Made by a program: the position numbers and the translations under genes. The notes under the pieces were generated by a model, which made no database searches, was not told where the DNA came from, and saw only the letters and a list, made by a program, of their open reading frames with translations. DNA of 35,740 nucleotides from Octopus bimaculoides (lineage: Eukaryota), in NCBI RefSeq assembly GCF_001194135.2, contig NC_068991.1, positions 78,480,507 to 78,516,246 on the forward strand, in the 5' to 3' direction. Shown here in pieces: positions 1 to 11,290 of the stretch (the first letter of the stretch is position 1; the number at the start of each line of letters is the position of its first letter).

Positions 1-664
1 AAATATGTAAACAGTTTAAAAAAAAAAAAACGCTTAAAGACAAACTTTTATTTTTTTGAATACCGTGGGTAATGAAATTCACTCTCAGACAAAAAGCTTT
101 CTCTTCGTAAAACCAGAACAAAAGAAAAATAAAACAGAAAGGACAAATTTTTTTCATAAGAAAATCTGTTTAAAAATTACGTTTTTTTCTGAAATTTTCC
201 ATCCTTCTTTTGCCTCGAGTTGACCCATGTCTAGTATTTCTTTTTAGCTTGCAGCGCTAGCAAACAATGAATCGCTGTTGTTGCTGCTTTTTATTATTTT
301 CATTTTGCTCAATATATTTGTTTTGTGGCATTTTTTTCTTTTCCACTTGTCAAATTCTAAATGTGTCTACGACTCTATTCATTTGCCATTTTTTCTGATT
401 ATCATTGCTTTTAAAGTTGTTTTTTTTTTCCTGTTAATAAAAGGTTTGGGGCGTATTCACCTCTGTCTTTTTATGGCTAGCATTGCACTAATAAACGACA
501 AAACGAAATGAGTGCTTGCAAAAGTATTTGTATACAACAGAAATACCTAAGGACGAACCCGTTTCGCTACCCAGGAGTGAACGTGCAAATATTCAGATAT
601 CCTTTTATCCATTAGCCATCAAGTAACCTCGAATTATTCAGAACAACAATAGCAATAACAATAA

Positions 665-880
665 TAATTGTTTCTAACATAGGTACAAAACCCGAAACTG
701 AAGAAGTAGAGCAACCGATTACGTCGACATTCAGTACTTGTCTAATACTTGATTTCAGTAACCCTAGAGGGAAAAAAGGTAAAGTTGAACCTGATAGAAT
801 TTGAACCCAGAAAGGAAAGCACCTTAACAGACACGGCAAAGCATTGTTCCGACGCTCTAATGATTTTGACAACACAACCT
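665..880 (-). mobile_element. Decayed family-B tRNA-derived SINE
   Basis: Reverse complement resembles the B copies at 29098-29533 and 31021-31235 (B-box-like GGGTTCAAATTC, AAAGTTGAAC, GTCGAC segment). Confidence 0.5.
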
Positions 881-1242
881 TCGAACAATGACAACAATAA
901 CATTTTCTCCATTGTTGACTTTCTGCTTTACATTTCTCCGCTTTTTCAGTCGTGAGATTTTGTTCGACTTCATAATTTGTTTCTTCAATGTCAAGTAATC
1001 TTACTCGTACTATTTGTGCAATTTTTATCCATCTATCTGTCTGCGTGTCGGTGTGTGTGTGTGTGTGTGCGTGTGTGTGTATGTGTCAATGTAAGTGCAT
1101 CGAGGTGAGCCGAACCAAATCAGAGCGTCGAACAGAAAAGTTTCAGTTTTCATTTCCGCTCGGTTACATCCTTTCACTCCAAACTTAACTTGCCTTTCAC
1201 CATATATGAGCGACATAGAATAAGCACCAGTCAGATTACTTC

Positions 1243-1245
<3 letters not shown>

Positions 1246-1284
<39 letters not shown>

Positions 1285-1294
1285 TGTGTGTGTG
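1246..1294. repeat. (TG)n microsatellite
   Basis: Direct reading. Confidence 0.95.
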
Positions 1295-1609
1295 TTGGGG
1301 GTAGGGTCAATGTAATCGACTAAAGACCCGTGTAGCAACAGCTTGGTTGCATTACAAAATCTAAATACCATTATGAGAACAAATCCTGCGAATCCTTCTA
1401 TTCAGCGCTGTGTCGCTTTTTAGGCAATTCCTCGCCTTAATTCTATTATATGCAATAGAGTAGTGCGTACCTCAAACAGTAGACAATAGCAATTAAAACA
1501 AGGTCGTGGATTTGACTGTGGCAGACGATAGATGTGGGTCCCGCAATTTCTTACTGAACAGATACTTTGTTTATCGTGGTCAAATGTTTGCGCTGCATAT
1601 CATTGTACT

Positions 1610-1826
1610 GAAGGTGGCGAGCAAGCGGAGTCGTTACTGCGCCGGATAAAATGCTTATCGGTGTTTCTTTCGACTTCATGTTCTGATTGCAAATTCCATT
1701 GGTTTGAACTTCGTCTTTCATCCCTCGGAGTCGATAAAATAAATACCTGTTGAGATCTGAGATCGATCAAATCGATTTACTCCTCCTCCAAAATTGCTGG
1801 CGTTGGGCCAAAATTTGAAACAATTG
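1610..1826 (+). mobile_element. Family-B SINE, diverged
   Basis: GGTGGCGAGC head, AAATGCTTA, CAAATTCC B-box remnant, GTCGATAAAATAAATACC domain, CCTCCAAAATTGCTGG tail. Confidence 0.7.
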
Positions 1827-1827
1827 A

Positions 1828-1968
1828 GGGGCACGATGTGGCAGATGTCAGGTGTCTAAGTGATCGCAGAACAACGTAAAGCGAAGTGTTTCACACCGTC
1901 TGGTCCGGAAATCGAGACCACGATCTCGCGATCGTTAGGGTAACATCCTAACCACGCGCTCTCACAAA
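1828..1968 (-). mobile_element. Family-C tRNA-derived SINE relic
   Basis: CAACGTAAAGCGAAGTG and GGAAATCGAGACCACG...CCTAACCAC match the 13111-13337 copy. Confidence 0.55.
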
Positions 1969-2239
1969 ATGTAGGTTATATAACTAGGGCCTATGGTACT
2001 ATAAAACTTAAACCATTTAATCGATTTTGAAAATTTGCAGCAGAGTAGTAGAATTGTAGCAGATAATCATTTCTGTTTCTTACGATATAGTTTTATGTGC
2101 CTCGAGTTTTATGGTGGCAGCCAATTTTACGATCGAGTGAAGAAAACTATGTTTTCATTGGTTTTTCAATTGCTGATACTGTCCGTTGGTCACAGCTCTT
2201 GACAAAATTGCTACCATCCGTTTTTGTTCTTGGTTCCAG

Positions 2240-2598
2240 TAGTAAGAGGTGGGGCTTGAACTCAGAACGAATAGAGCCGGATCAGATACCACAAGGCATC
2301 TTGTCCAACGCCCAAACGATTCCGTCAATCCAGTGATAAAGATGTAAGACAAAGTTCAGCTCGGTAGGATTGCAACTCAGAAGGCACAAAACCGGATCAG
2401 ATACACAGGATAGTCTGTCCGACGTTTAAATAACTCAGATAATCTAACTTTATGAATCATGATTTATTTCTCGACCACGAAGGGATAAAAGACAAAGTTC
2501 ATCGCAGTGAGATTTGAACTCAGCGAGTACAGATCCAGTATTAACTATTCCACGTGTTTCATGAAACGCTTCAGCTATTCTATTAATTCGCCGCCTTT
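2240..2598 (-). mobile_element. Two to three head-to-tail decayed family-B SINEs
   Basis: Repeated AAAGTTCA...AACTCAG units and GGATCAGATAC repeats; ends in TTCGCCGCCTTT, the reverse complement of the B head. Confidence 0.6.
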
Positions 2599-3619
2599 AC
2601 GGATAAATGAATTTTATAAATTGACTTTATTTCTGGCCGACACGGATTATGCCTAGTTTCCTTTGCATAGATAAATCTCTATTTCCTTCACTGTTAAATT
2701 AAGGCCCGTGATCAACTTTTTAACAGCTGGAAAAAGGATCAAACCGATGCGTTTCATAACTCTCACTGTACTCTAGTTATTATTGTCCAACCGTCAAACT
2801 TGTGTACTATTCTGTGAATGAACTTGTGTCAAGACAAGTTCGTCTAAAAACGCCTGTTATCCGACCGCCAAGACTTATATCATTCCGTTTAAGCAATCCT
2901 ATTGTCCGACCGTTAATTTGTACCACCAGATGAATGAGTTTGTACGTAGATACATGCATATTTACATTTTGTTCGGCCTTTTGTCCGGCCTTCAGACTTG
3001 TTGCGTTCTAATAATGAAATCGTGTCTAGGTAGTACTGTAGTACTGAAATGCATTTTAAAAAGTAGCAGCTATTATCGAAAGTTTCGCGAATGAATGCAG
3101 ATGAATTACTCTCTCTACCAAACACGTACTGAATTACATCATGTATACATTCATTTATTCATAAGTTATGCTGTTTTGATACTTTTAGTAATTATTGACA
3201 ATGAAACTAAAAGCTACGTAGCTAGAAGCAAATACGACAGTCGCAATAACCAAAAGGAAATACACACACACATACATACACAGAATGGCGATAGTAATTG
3301 TTAAATTTGAAGTTAAAATCAAATGATCTGATTAATTTATTAATTACGGCATATACGATATATAAGATAAAAGGAAAAAAGAAATCATTCAACAATACTC
3401 TGTTAGAATTAAAGAGCAAGACGGAGACAGCAAAACTAAATTAAAATGGCGAATTTGTATCGTTATCTCCGTTCAGATTTAAATAAGTTAAAGCTTGATT
3501 TGTATACAATATAATCTAAAATATAAATCTTTACTGTACAGAAGTGCATCTGTCTGGATTAATTTGAAATTTGATTGTAATTCGTTCTTCTTTCCGATAA
3601 ACGATATATCTAGCAGAGG

Positions 3620-3790
3620 AAAGAAGCCTCTGTGGTATTTCGACTTGCAAGACAAAGCAGCCAAATGCCTCCTAAATCAAATGAGAACCGTCTTGAAAAA
3701 AGGAAAAAAGAAAAACAACTAAAAGAAAAAAGGAAGAGAAGGTAGACTTATTGGACAATGTAGTCCTGGTTATCGTCGTGGTTACAGCGT
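3620..3790 (+). repeat. Unclassified dispersed repeat (family D), copy 1
   Basis: Shares CCAAAT/CTAAAT, GTCT..AAAAAA and TGGA.AATGTAGTC with 12835-13050. Confidence 0.5.
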
Positions 3791-3995
3791 TCTGACAGGA
3801 CGGACGGACGGACAGACGATAAACTAACATTTGAAGGTAAAAAAAATGCAAACATTTAGAATATCCGTATTTGCTGATTGAGGTGAGATCGTAGTCACAA
3901 TTGTCATTTCAAATGCGCAAAACAACTTTTATGCTATTTTGTCTGCTATAAAGAGTCAAATGGTACATACATAATAACCCCCCCCCACACACTTA

Positions 3996-4020
3996 TATAT
4001 ATATATATATNNNNNNNNNN

Positions 4021-4076
<56 letters not shown>

Positions 4077-4094
4077 AAGAGAGAGAGAGAGAGA
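3996..4094. repeat. (TA)n / 10-N gap / (GA)n compound microsatellite
   Basis: Direct reading. Confidence 0.95.
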
Positions 4095-4258
4095 GCTGCA
4101 CCAGCATTAGACTGGTATTCTTCAATTACAGCTGAGTAATCTTGAGCCGCGTGAAATTAAAAGTGCCTTTCTCAGGACACAATACGCTGCCTTGTCCAGA
4201 AACCACCATCATATGATCGTAACACCAACACTCTAACCATAAGACCACGCGTTTCCAC
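4095..4258 (-). mobile_element. Family-C SINE relic
   Basis: CGTGAAAT..AAGTG..TT.CTCAGGACACAA and CTAACCA.AAG.CCACGCG match 13111-13337. Confidence 0.6.
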
Positions 4259-4623
4259 TTTCTTTCTTTTCGGCTGTTATATCCTCGAGATTCTGCCGAG
4301 TAAAATAAGGGATGGCTGAGACTACCTAAGCACATAAAGCAACCAGCGAAAGCTTGGTAGAAGCTACAACATACCATGTCATTCATATTCGCTTGCAAGG
4401 GACGGCTGACGTGGCGATAATGAACGCAGTATCTGCGTGTTAAATGATCGAGATATAAGTTGTAATTTTTGGCTCTTAAGGCTACGGTATGAGTGATCCC
4501 TGCTTGTTAACAATAGCGTTGTTGGGTATAATGCGAAAGGGACAAATACGAAAGCGCCGGTTTACAGGTTTTCATACCGTTGCTCACATCATTCGTATAT
4601 AAACGTTATTATAAGGCATTCGC

Positions 4624-4634
4624 ATACACACACA

Positions 4635-4668
<34 letters not shown>

Positions 4669-4740
4669 TATGTATATATATATATCTATGTATATATATG
4701 TATATGTATATATATGTATATATATATATGTGTGTGTATA

Positions 4741-4805
<65 letters not shown>

Positions 4806-4865
4806 ATGTATATATATATATATGTATATATATACATATGTGTATATATATTTGTATATATATAT
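4624..4865. repeat. (CA)n/(TA)n/(TATG)n compound microsatellite
   Basis: Direct reading; source of the YI/HT-repeat pseudo-ORFs. Confidence 0.95.
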
Positions 4866-4939
4866 GAGCGTCATACTAATATATACTTTTGTTATTTACA
4901 CCACCTGTCTTCGTCTGTTGTTATTATTTGTATATTCTC

Positions 4940-4941
<2 letters not shown>
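4866..4941 (+). mobile_element. 3' tail fragment of the same repeat as 19147-19268 (probable PLE terminal repeat)
   Basis: GAGCG...ACTAAT and CACCTGTCTTC.TC..TTGTT are shared with 19192-19250; followed by (TA)n. Confidence 0.55.
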
Positions 4942-4980
<39 letters not shown>

Positions 4981-5519
4981 NNNNNNNNNNNNNNNNNNNN
5001 NNNNNNNNNNNNNNNNNNNNNNNNNNNNNNNNNNNNNNNNNNNNNNNNNNNNNNNNNNNNNNNNNNNNNNNNNNNNNNNNNNNNNNNNNNNNNNNNNNNN
5101 NNNNNNNNNNNNNNNNNNNNNNNNNNNNNNNNNNNNNNNNNNNNNNNNNNNNNNNNNNNNNNNNNNNNNNNNNNNNNNNNNNNNNNNNNNNNNNNNNNNN
5201 NNNNNNNNNNNNNNNNNNNNNNNNNNNNNNNNNNNNNNNNNNNNNNNNNNNNNNNNNNNNNNNNNNNNNNNNNNNNNNNNNNNNNNNNNNNNNNNNNNNN
5301 NNNNNNNNNNNNNNNNNNNNNNNNNNNNNNNNNNNNNNNNNNNNNNNNNNNNNNNNNNNNNNNNNNNNNNNNNNNNNNNNNNNNNNNNNNNNNNNNNNNN
5401 NNNNNNNNNNNNNNNNNNNNNNNNNNNNNNNNNNNNNNNNNNNNNNNNNNNNNNNNNNNNNNNNNNNNNNNNNNNNNNNNNNNNNNNNNNNNNNNNNNNN
5501 NNNNNNNNNNNNNNNNNNN
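4981..5519. other. Assembly gap (N run)
   Basis: N bases. Confidence 1.
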
Positions 5520-5734
5520 AGCGGCTGAAAGAACAGTCAATAGAATTTTACGGGGCAGGGAAACATGCTCTCATTCAAAAGTGGAACATTACTATTGAGA
5601 GAAACGCTGACTATGTTGAGAAGTAGGGATGTGATCCACAGAGGACCAGCTTCATTTTGATGTAGGATACATGTTCCTGTGTTGGTAATTATACCTGTCC
5701 TTGACAAAATGGCATTACTTTTTGACTCACCCTC

Positions 5735-5737
<3 letters not shown>
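5520..5737 (+). mobile_element. 3' end of a mariner-type element (transposase C-terminus, right TIR, TA)
   Basis: Frame reads RLKEQSIEFYGAGKHALIQKWNITIERNADYVEK*, the typical mariner C-terminal 'FY..GI..L..RW...I...GDYVEK'. Ends GGCATTACTTTTTGACTCACCCTCG-TA. The 5' part is lost in the gap. Confidence 0.85.
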
Positions 5738-5771
<34 letters not shown>

Positions 5772-5801
5772 CACACATACACATGCTTGCATACATACAA
5801 A

Positions 5802-5852
<51 letters not shown>

Positions 5853-5917
5853 ACATATACATACATATATAGGTATGTTGGTGCAAACAAGAAAATTACA
5901 ACTCAAAATATGATACA

Positions 5918-5985
<68 letters not shown>

Positions 5986-5990
5986 CACAC
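5738..5990. repeat. (TA)n/(TATC)n/(TACA)n compound microsatellite
   Basis: Direct reading. Confidence 0.9.
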
Positions 5991-6173
5991 GGACGAAATT
6001 TCACGGGTATGTTGAAAGCAATAAAATGGTTGAAAATACATAAAACACCGTGTAATTTCTCTCGTAATTGCATTTTATGGAACCTAAATGTGTTTTGTTT
6101 ATTATTTTTGTCTCACGGATTTTGTTTCATATTTTATCTGTTAATTATAGTGTTGCAAAAGCAGGATGACTCG

Positions 6174-6398
6174 TAGGGAGAGGTATTCTAAAAAGTTCCT
6201 GATTTTAAGGGTATCACGAAAGCCTTGGATGGAGTCCCAACCTTCCGAGTTCTTTTACAAGGGTTAGAAAAATACTGAAGGACCACTACAATAAGGGTGT
6301 GAATCTGAGAGGAGAATATGTTGAATAACATCATAATTAACTGATCATCCTGTATTTTCTTTTGCACACAGTCAGGGACATTTTAGCATCCCCTTGTA
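6174..6398 (+). mobile_element. Mariner-derived MITE
   Basis: TA at both ends. The left end TA..GG...T..TAAAAAGTTCCTGA is an imperfect inverted match to the right end TCAGGGACATTTTAGCATCCCCTTGTA. Residual frame KILKDHYNKGVNLRGEYVE* resembles a mariner C-terminus. Confidence 0.75.
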
Positions 6399-6618
6399 TG
6401 TTCGACGGGATCCCATTCTCTTACACATACCCAAACGTTAGCACAGACTTCCTCTCCCTATGGGACCACAAAGATGGCTTCTAGTCTCTAACGATGTTCG
6501 TTATATTCCTCCTTTCTAAATACTTCGTGTCTAGCTGACGAGCAGGTGTATCACATAGAGCTGAGGTTCACGATTTCGTCCCGTAGAATAATATATATAT
6601 AAATATGTTAAATATTAA

Positions 6619-7083
6619 CAGGTGTAGGAGTGGCTTACCAACCACATGGTTCTGTGTTCAGTCCCACTGCATGGCACCTTGGGCAAGTGTCTTCTACAAT
6701 AGCCTCGGGCCGACCAAAGCCTTGTGAGTGGATTTGGTAGACGGAAACTGAAAGAAGCCCGTCGTATATATATATATATATATATATATATNNNNNNNNN
6801 NNNNNNNNNNNNNNNNNNNNNNNNNNNNNNNNNNNNNNNNNNNNNNNNNNNNNNNNNNNNNNNNNNNNNNNNNNNNNNNNNNNNNNNNNNNNNNNNNNNN
6901 NNNNNNNNNNNNNNNNNNNNNNNNNNNNNNNNNNNNNNNNNNNNNNNNNNNNNNNNNNNNNNNNNNNNNNNNNNNNNNNNNNNNNNNNNNNNNNNNNNNN
7001 NNNNNNNNNNNNNNNNNNNNNNNNNNNNNNNNNNNNNNNNNNNNNNNNNNNNNNNNNNNNNNNNNNNNNNNNNNNNNNNNNNN

Positions 7084-7122
<39 letters not shown>

Positions 7123-7338
7123 GTGTGTATATATGTTTCTATGTCTGTGTTTGTCCCCCCAACATCACTTGACAACCGATGCTGGTGTGTTTAGGTCCCC
7201 GTAACTTAGCGGTTCGGCAAAAGAGACCGATAGAATAAGTACTAGGCTTCCAAAGAATAAGTCCTCGGGTCGATTTGCTCGACTAAAAGCGGTGCTCTAG
7301 CATGGCCGCAGTCAAATGACTGAAACAAGTAAAAGAGA
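6619..7338 (+). mobile_element. Family-A SINE, full head + internal (TA)n/gap + tail
   Basis: B-box-like GTTCAGTCCC, CORE-like GCACCTTGGGCAAGTGTCTT, head ends GAAGCCCGTCG; tail ends CAGTCAAATGACTGAAACAAGTAAAAGA. Matches copies at 13364 and 14748. Confidence 0.9.
6792..7083. other. Assembly gap (N run) inside the SINE's internal (TA)n
   Basis: N bases. Confidence 1.
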
Positions 7339-7719
7339 GTCTCTTCAATTTTGTTCCATAGTTATAGTGTTACATACGTTGATGGTAATATAGTGATAGT
7401 ATTAAGGCTTCCGTACAGTTTCCGCTCCTAAATTCTATTTACAAGATACAGGCTAACTAAAGAATATGAAAAGAAAACACTGGCTCAAGGCACCAAGCAT
7501 TGGGATCGAACAGAGAACTAACCGAGACAACGTTCGTAGCCATACCTGTGTGTTATCTTGATGTTGTAGAACATTTCTTGGTATTTTTCTTGTTTTGTTT
7601 CCCCTCGGAAAATGACAATGGCACCTAAAACCATTTATGGCCAACCAATCATCCAATCTTTCTATTTGTTCGCAAATCTTGAGTTTCGCATAAATATACT
7701 TTTATTGAACAATTGAACT

Positions 7720-7964
7720 CTCTCACACAGACATACACACACACACGCCACACACATACCACATATACTTATTCATACGTACTTCCACAAGCATAATCGC
7801 ATGGTCACACACGAGCGCGCACACACACTTGCATACGCATATACACGCCTACGCACACGTATACGCACATACTCAGAAGTATGGATATATATTTGTGTGT
7901 GTATGTATGTATTTATATATATATATATATATATATATANNNNNNNNNNGTGTGTGTATGTATG

Positions 7965-8000
<36 letters not shown>

Positions 8001-8086
8001 TATATATATATATATACGTATATATTTATACATGTGTACTCATTCACTCAAATACTTAAAATATTGATTTATTTCGTAGGTAAGTT

Positions 8087-8127
<41 letters not shown>

Positions 8128-8240
8128 ATACGAATGTATGTGTTGTATATTATATAAGTATATGTCTCCATATAAATATGTATATATGTATGTATGTATG
8201 AATATATATGTATATACTCCACTGACACACACACACATAC
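7720..8240. repeat. Degenerate (CA)n/(TA)n/(TATC)n/(TATG)n simple-repeat tract
   Basis: Direct reading. Confidence 0.85.
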
Positions 8241-8619
8241 ATGCTCAGCACACTTTTCGAGTAAATCAATATATTAGGTTGGCATATAAGCGAATGGCTC
8301 GGTAATGTCATAGTTGACATAAAGTGTTGTATTGCGTCATGTCTTTAATTGTTCTGTGTTGGACGTACAACACTGTGTGACATTTTGTAACATAATGTTT
8401 CAAGGAACAGATTATATTCATAGTATTTTTATTCGTTGCTCGACTTAAACTTTCCTCCTTCGTGGGTCGATAAATAATAAAATATGAATCAGTCGAGTGC
8501 TAGGAGAAATTTCTATTGACAATAACTTACACTGCTTCTCCAAAATGTAGGGGTCTCGAACCAACGTAGAGTGAGAAACCATAGTTTGTGCCATGTTGTT
8601 AAAATAAATGGTAGGTTTC

Positions 8620-9360
8620 GGGACCGATATGATCAAGTACGACTCAAATACTAATGGTTAGATTAGTCAGCTAAATTCCTCTTTCACCACAAAGTGTCAG
8701 GTCTCGTGCCCTGTAAACTAGAGACCATTCTTAGTGTGGCGATCTGGCAGAATCGTTAGAACACCAGAAGACATGCTCTGTGGTATGTCATCCTGTTGAA
8801 GTCAACATTTCTTTTCATACTTTTACGAGGTCAATAAAATAAAATACCGCTCAAATTCCGGGGTTGATGGTGTCGACAAACTTACTGGATTTGTGCCTCA
8901 ACTAGGAATCATTTAAAGGCAGTGAAATGGCAGAGGCACGAGAGTGACAGAAGGAATGCTGCAAAGCATTTGTTACAGGGATTTAGTGTGCGATGCTCAA
9001 AACTCTTTAAATTCTGAGTTCAAATCCCGCCGAATTCAACTTAAAATAAATTAGTGTCATTCAAGAACTGAGGTCAAGTTAATTGAATTGACCCCGTCCC
9101 CTCCAAATTGCTGAACTTCTTTAGATTTATAAATATACGGCGAGCTGGTACAATCGTTAGCGCATCGAACGAAATGCTTAGCGGAATATCTTTCAGTTCT
9201 TAAAGTTGTGAGTTCAAATTCCGTCGAGGTAACTTAGTCTTTAGGGCTTGATAAAATGAAGTATTAGTCGAATACTGTATTCCAATATTGACTACAGTAG
9301 TCGATAAAACTGACAAACCTTATCTCTCTAAAATATCTGGCCTTGTTCCAAAATTTGAAG
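8620..9360 (+). mobile_element. Head-to-tail cluster of about four family-B SINE copies
   Basis: Heads at about 8736 (GGCGATCTGGCAGAATCGTTAG), 8917 and 9138 (GGCGAGCTGGTACAATCGTTAG); B-boxes GAGTTCAAAT; a tail-only piece at 8620-8730. Confidence 0.7.
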
Positions 9361-9417
9361 TTCTTCTTCTTCTTCTTCTTCTTCTTCTTCTTCTTCTTCT
9401 TCTTCTTCTTCTTCTTC
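9361..9417. repeat. (TTC)19 microsatellite
   Basis: Direct reading. Confidence 0.98.
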
Positions 9418-9467
9418 ACCTACCCCCTCACCCAAATCATCGTTACTTCCACCTTCTTGACTGGTCC

Positions 9468-9633
9468 CCCTAACCGATTGACAACCGTTGTTTGTTTACA
9501 CCCTCATAACTTAGCGGTTCGGCAAAAGAAACGATAAAGTACAGGCTTAAAAAAAAAAGTACTGGAGTTGATTTGTTCGACTAAAAGATTCTTCAAGGTC
9601 GCCATCCAATGATTGAAGCAAGTAAAAGACAAG
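9468..9633 (+). mobile_element. Family-A SINE 3' half
   Basis: TAACTTAGCGGTTCGGCAAAAGA...GTTCGACTAAAAG...CAAGTAAAAGA matches 7202-7338. Confidence 0.75.
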
Positions 9634-9687
9634 AAATGACAAAAAATGTATTTCTTTTATCTATGGGAATTCTCTGTAAAAATAAGC

Positions 9688-9728
9688 TACACTGACGATG
9701 TCGACATAGGCTGAAACGAATGTTTGTG
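9688..9728 (+). ncRNA. Minimal type I hammerhead-like motif (imperfect stem II)
   Basis: UACA-CUGACGA-U-[GUC..GGC]-U-GAA-AC(GAAU)GU-U-UGUG. Confidence 0.4.
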
Positions 9729-10271
9729 AATTAAATAAAGTCTCGACATTATTTTCTACTTTCTCAATTTTTTTTTATTTATAAAGGTTAGCTTTGAAGC
9801 TTCAAAAAAGATTTACTTCAACTTTACCTGAAAAAGATAAATAAAACAATCAGATGTATTGAAAATAAACGAAATTCAGCTTCGATCTCAGTTTTTCTTT
9901 TTTAACACCGAAAATGTCTTGCAGATATCTTTATCACAAACAACTAGTTTTAGAGATAAGAAAGATTCTAAATTCTTTAGATTAGAACACCTGAAAACGA
10001 GAATATCCTGGTGAACTACCCTGCTTTTGGGCAATAAGAAATAAACTAAGCTTTTCATTGTTATTCATTGTCTTTCTTCGTTTTCATCACCGTTCGATCT
10101 GATTTTCCTTTCTTCGTCTTCCCCACTGTTCGATCTGACTTCTCTTTCTTCAACGACGCAACTTAAAATGTAAATAACACAAATACAGACTGCATATAAT
10201 TTGATTTCCCTTCTCAGTTGATCAACAGTGACAGGCAAAAATATGGTGTATGTATATAATTATAATAATAA

Positions 10272-10455
10272 TAGTTCTTTCTATTTTAGGCTCAAGGCCT
10301 GAAATTTTACGGGTGGAGGATAATCGATTAGTTGACCCCACAGTGCTCAACCAGTACTTACTAAATGACCCGGAATTTCAAATCAGAACGTATAGATGGA
10401 CAAAATGCGTAGCAGCATTTTGTCCCGCTTACGATCTTTTCACCTTGCCGCTTTA
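10272..10455 (-). mobile_element. Family-B SINE
   Basis: Reverse complement carries the B tail AATTTCAGGCCTTGAGCC, GGGTCAAC..ATCGA domain and GCGGCAAGG head. Confidence 0.7.
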
Positions 10456-10460
10456 TCCAT

Positions 10461-10795
10461 AATAGTGGCACCTTAGGTATAACCTCAGGACGACCAAAGC
10501 CCTTGAGTAGATCTGGTAGACGGAAACTGAAAGAAGCTTGTCGTATATATATATATATATATATATNNNNNNNNNNTTTGTGTGAGTGTGTCATTGTGTC
10601 TGTATTTGTTTCCCGCCACTGCTTGTCATCCGGCGTTGGTGTGTTTATGTCTCCATATCTTAGCGGTTCTGCAAAAGAAACCGATCGGATAAGTACCCGG
10701 CTTTAAAAAAAGAACATATGTACTGGGGGTTGGTCCATTCGACTGAAAAATTCTTCATGGCAGTTCCTCAACATGAAACAAATAAAAGATAAAAG
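10461..10795 (+). mobile_element. Family-A SINE, 5'-truncated, with internal (TA)n and 10-N gap
   Basis: GGTAGACGGAAACTGAAAGAAGCTTGTCG-(TA)n-...CTTAGCGGTTCTGCAAAAGAAACCGAT. Confidence 0.8.
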
Positions 10796-10829
10796 ACACA
10801 CACACACACACACACACATTTATATTCTT

Positions 10830-11190
10830 TCCGAACTCGAAGACCAATTGCTTTATATACTCGGCGGTTTATACCGTGATTATTGCCTATTTTACCTGCA
10901 AAATAACTCCAATAAAAAGTTACAAAACGTTAAACGTGATTTAGTCAAATTCTTTAGGAATATGACCTAAGTATTTCCTTTGATGATTTTAGGTTAACTT
11001 CCTCGATCTTACTCGAAACTTAAATACGGCCTTGTCTATCCCATAACCTAAATCTTCAACTAACCTGAAATACATCAGTGTCTTTAGTAATCTCCATAAC
11101 AATATAACAAAACACTTGGTTAAAAACATATCACTTAAGATTTCTAAATTATCCGCCAATGAAACCGTTTTTAATAGAAACGCTAACAAT
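10830..11190 (+). pseudogene. Penelope-like RT fragment, LYRDDG type, degenerate
   Basis: LYILGGLYRDYC (catalytic YRDD mutated), then VNFLDLTRNLNT...LKYISVFSN...ISLKISKLSANETVFN, with a stop and a frameshift. Confidence 0.75.
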
Positions 11191-11204
11191 TCCAGCAGCG
11201 GGCA

Positions 11205-11290
11205 GCGAGTTCTATCCTTGAGCAGGGCACTTAACATCACGTTACTCCAGTTTAGTCCGATGGAAACGAGTGCCAGCCGAGTGCTGGTAC
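11205..11290 (+). mobile_element. Family-C SINE core fragment
   Basis: CCTTGAGCAGGGCACTTAACATCACGTTACTCCAGT resembles the core of 13111-13337 read on the minus strand. Confidence 0.5.

Noticed and set aside
4580-5626. Long ORFs of 214-294 aa and YI/HT/CV/LSIY-repeat ORFs here and elsewhere
   Set aside because: They are translations of microsatellites and N gaps. Only the last 34 codons at 5522-5626 are meaningful (mariner remnant).
8620-9360. Recurrent similar units as a CRISPR-like array
   Set aside because: Units are about 170-220-nt decayed SINEs with no constant short repeat, no unique spacers and no cas genes; the context is eukaryotic.
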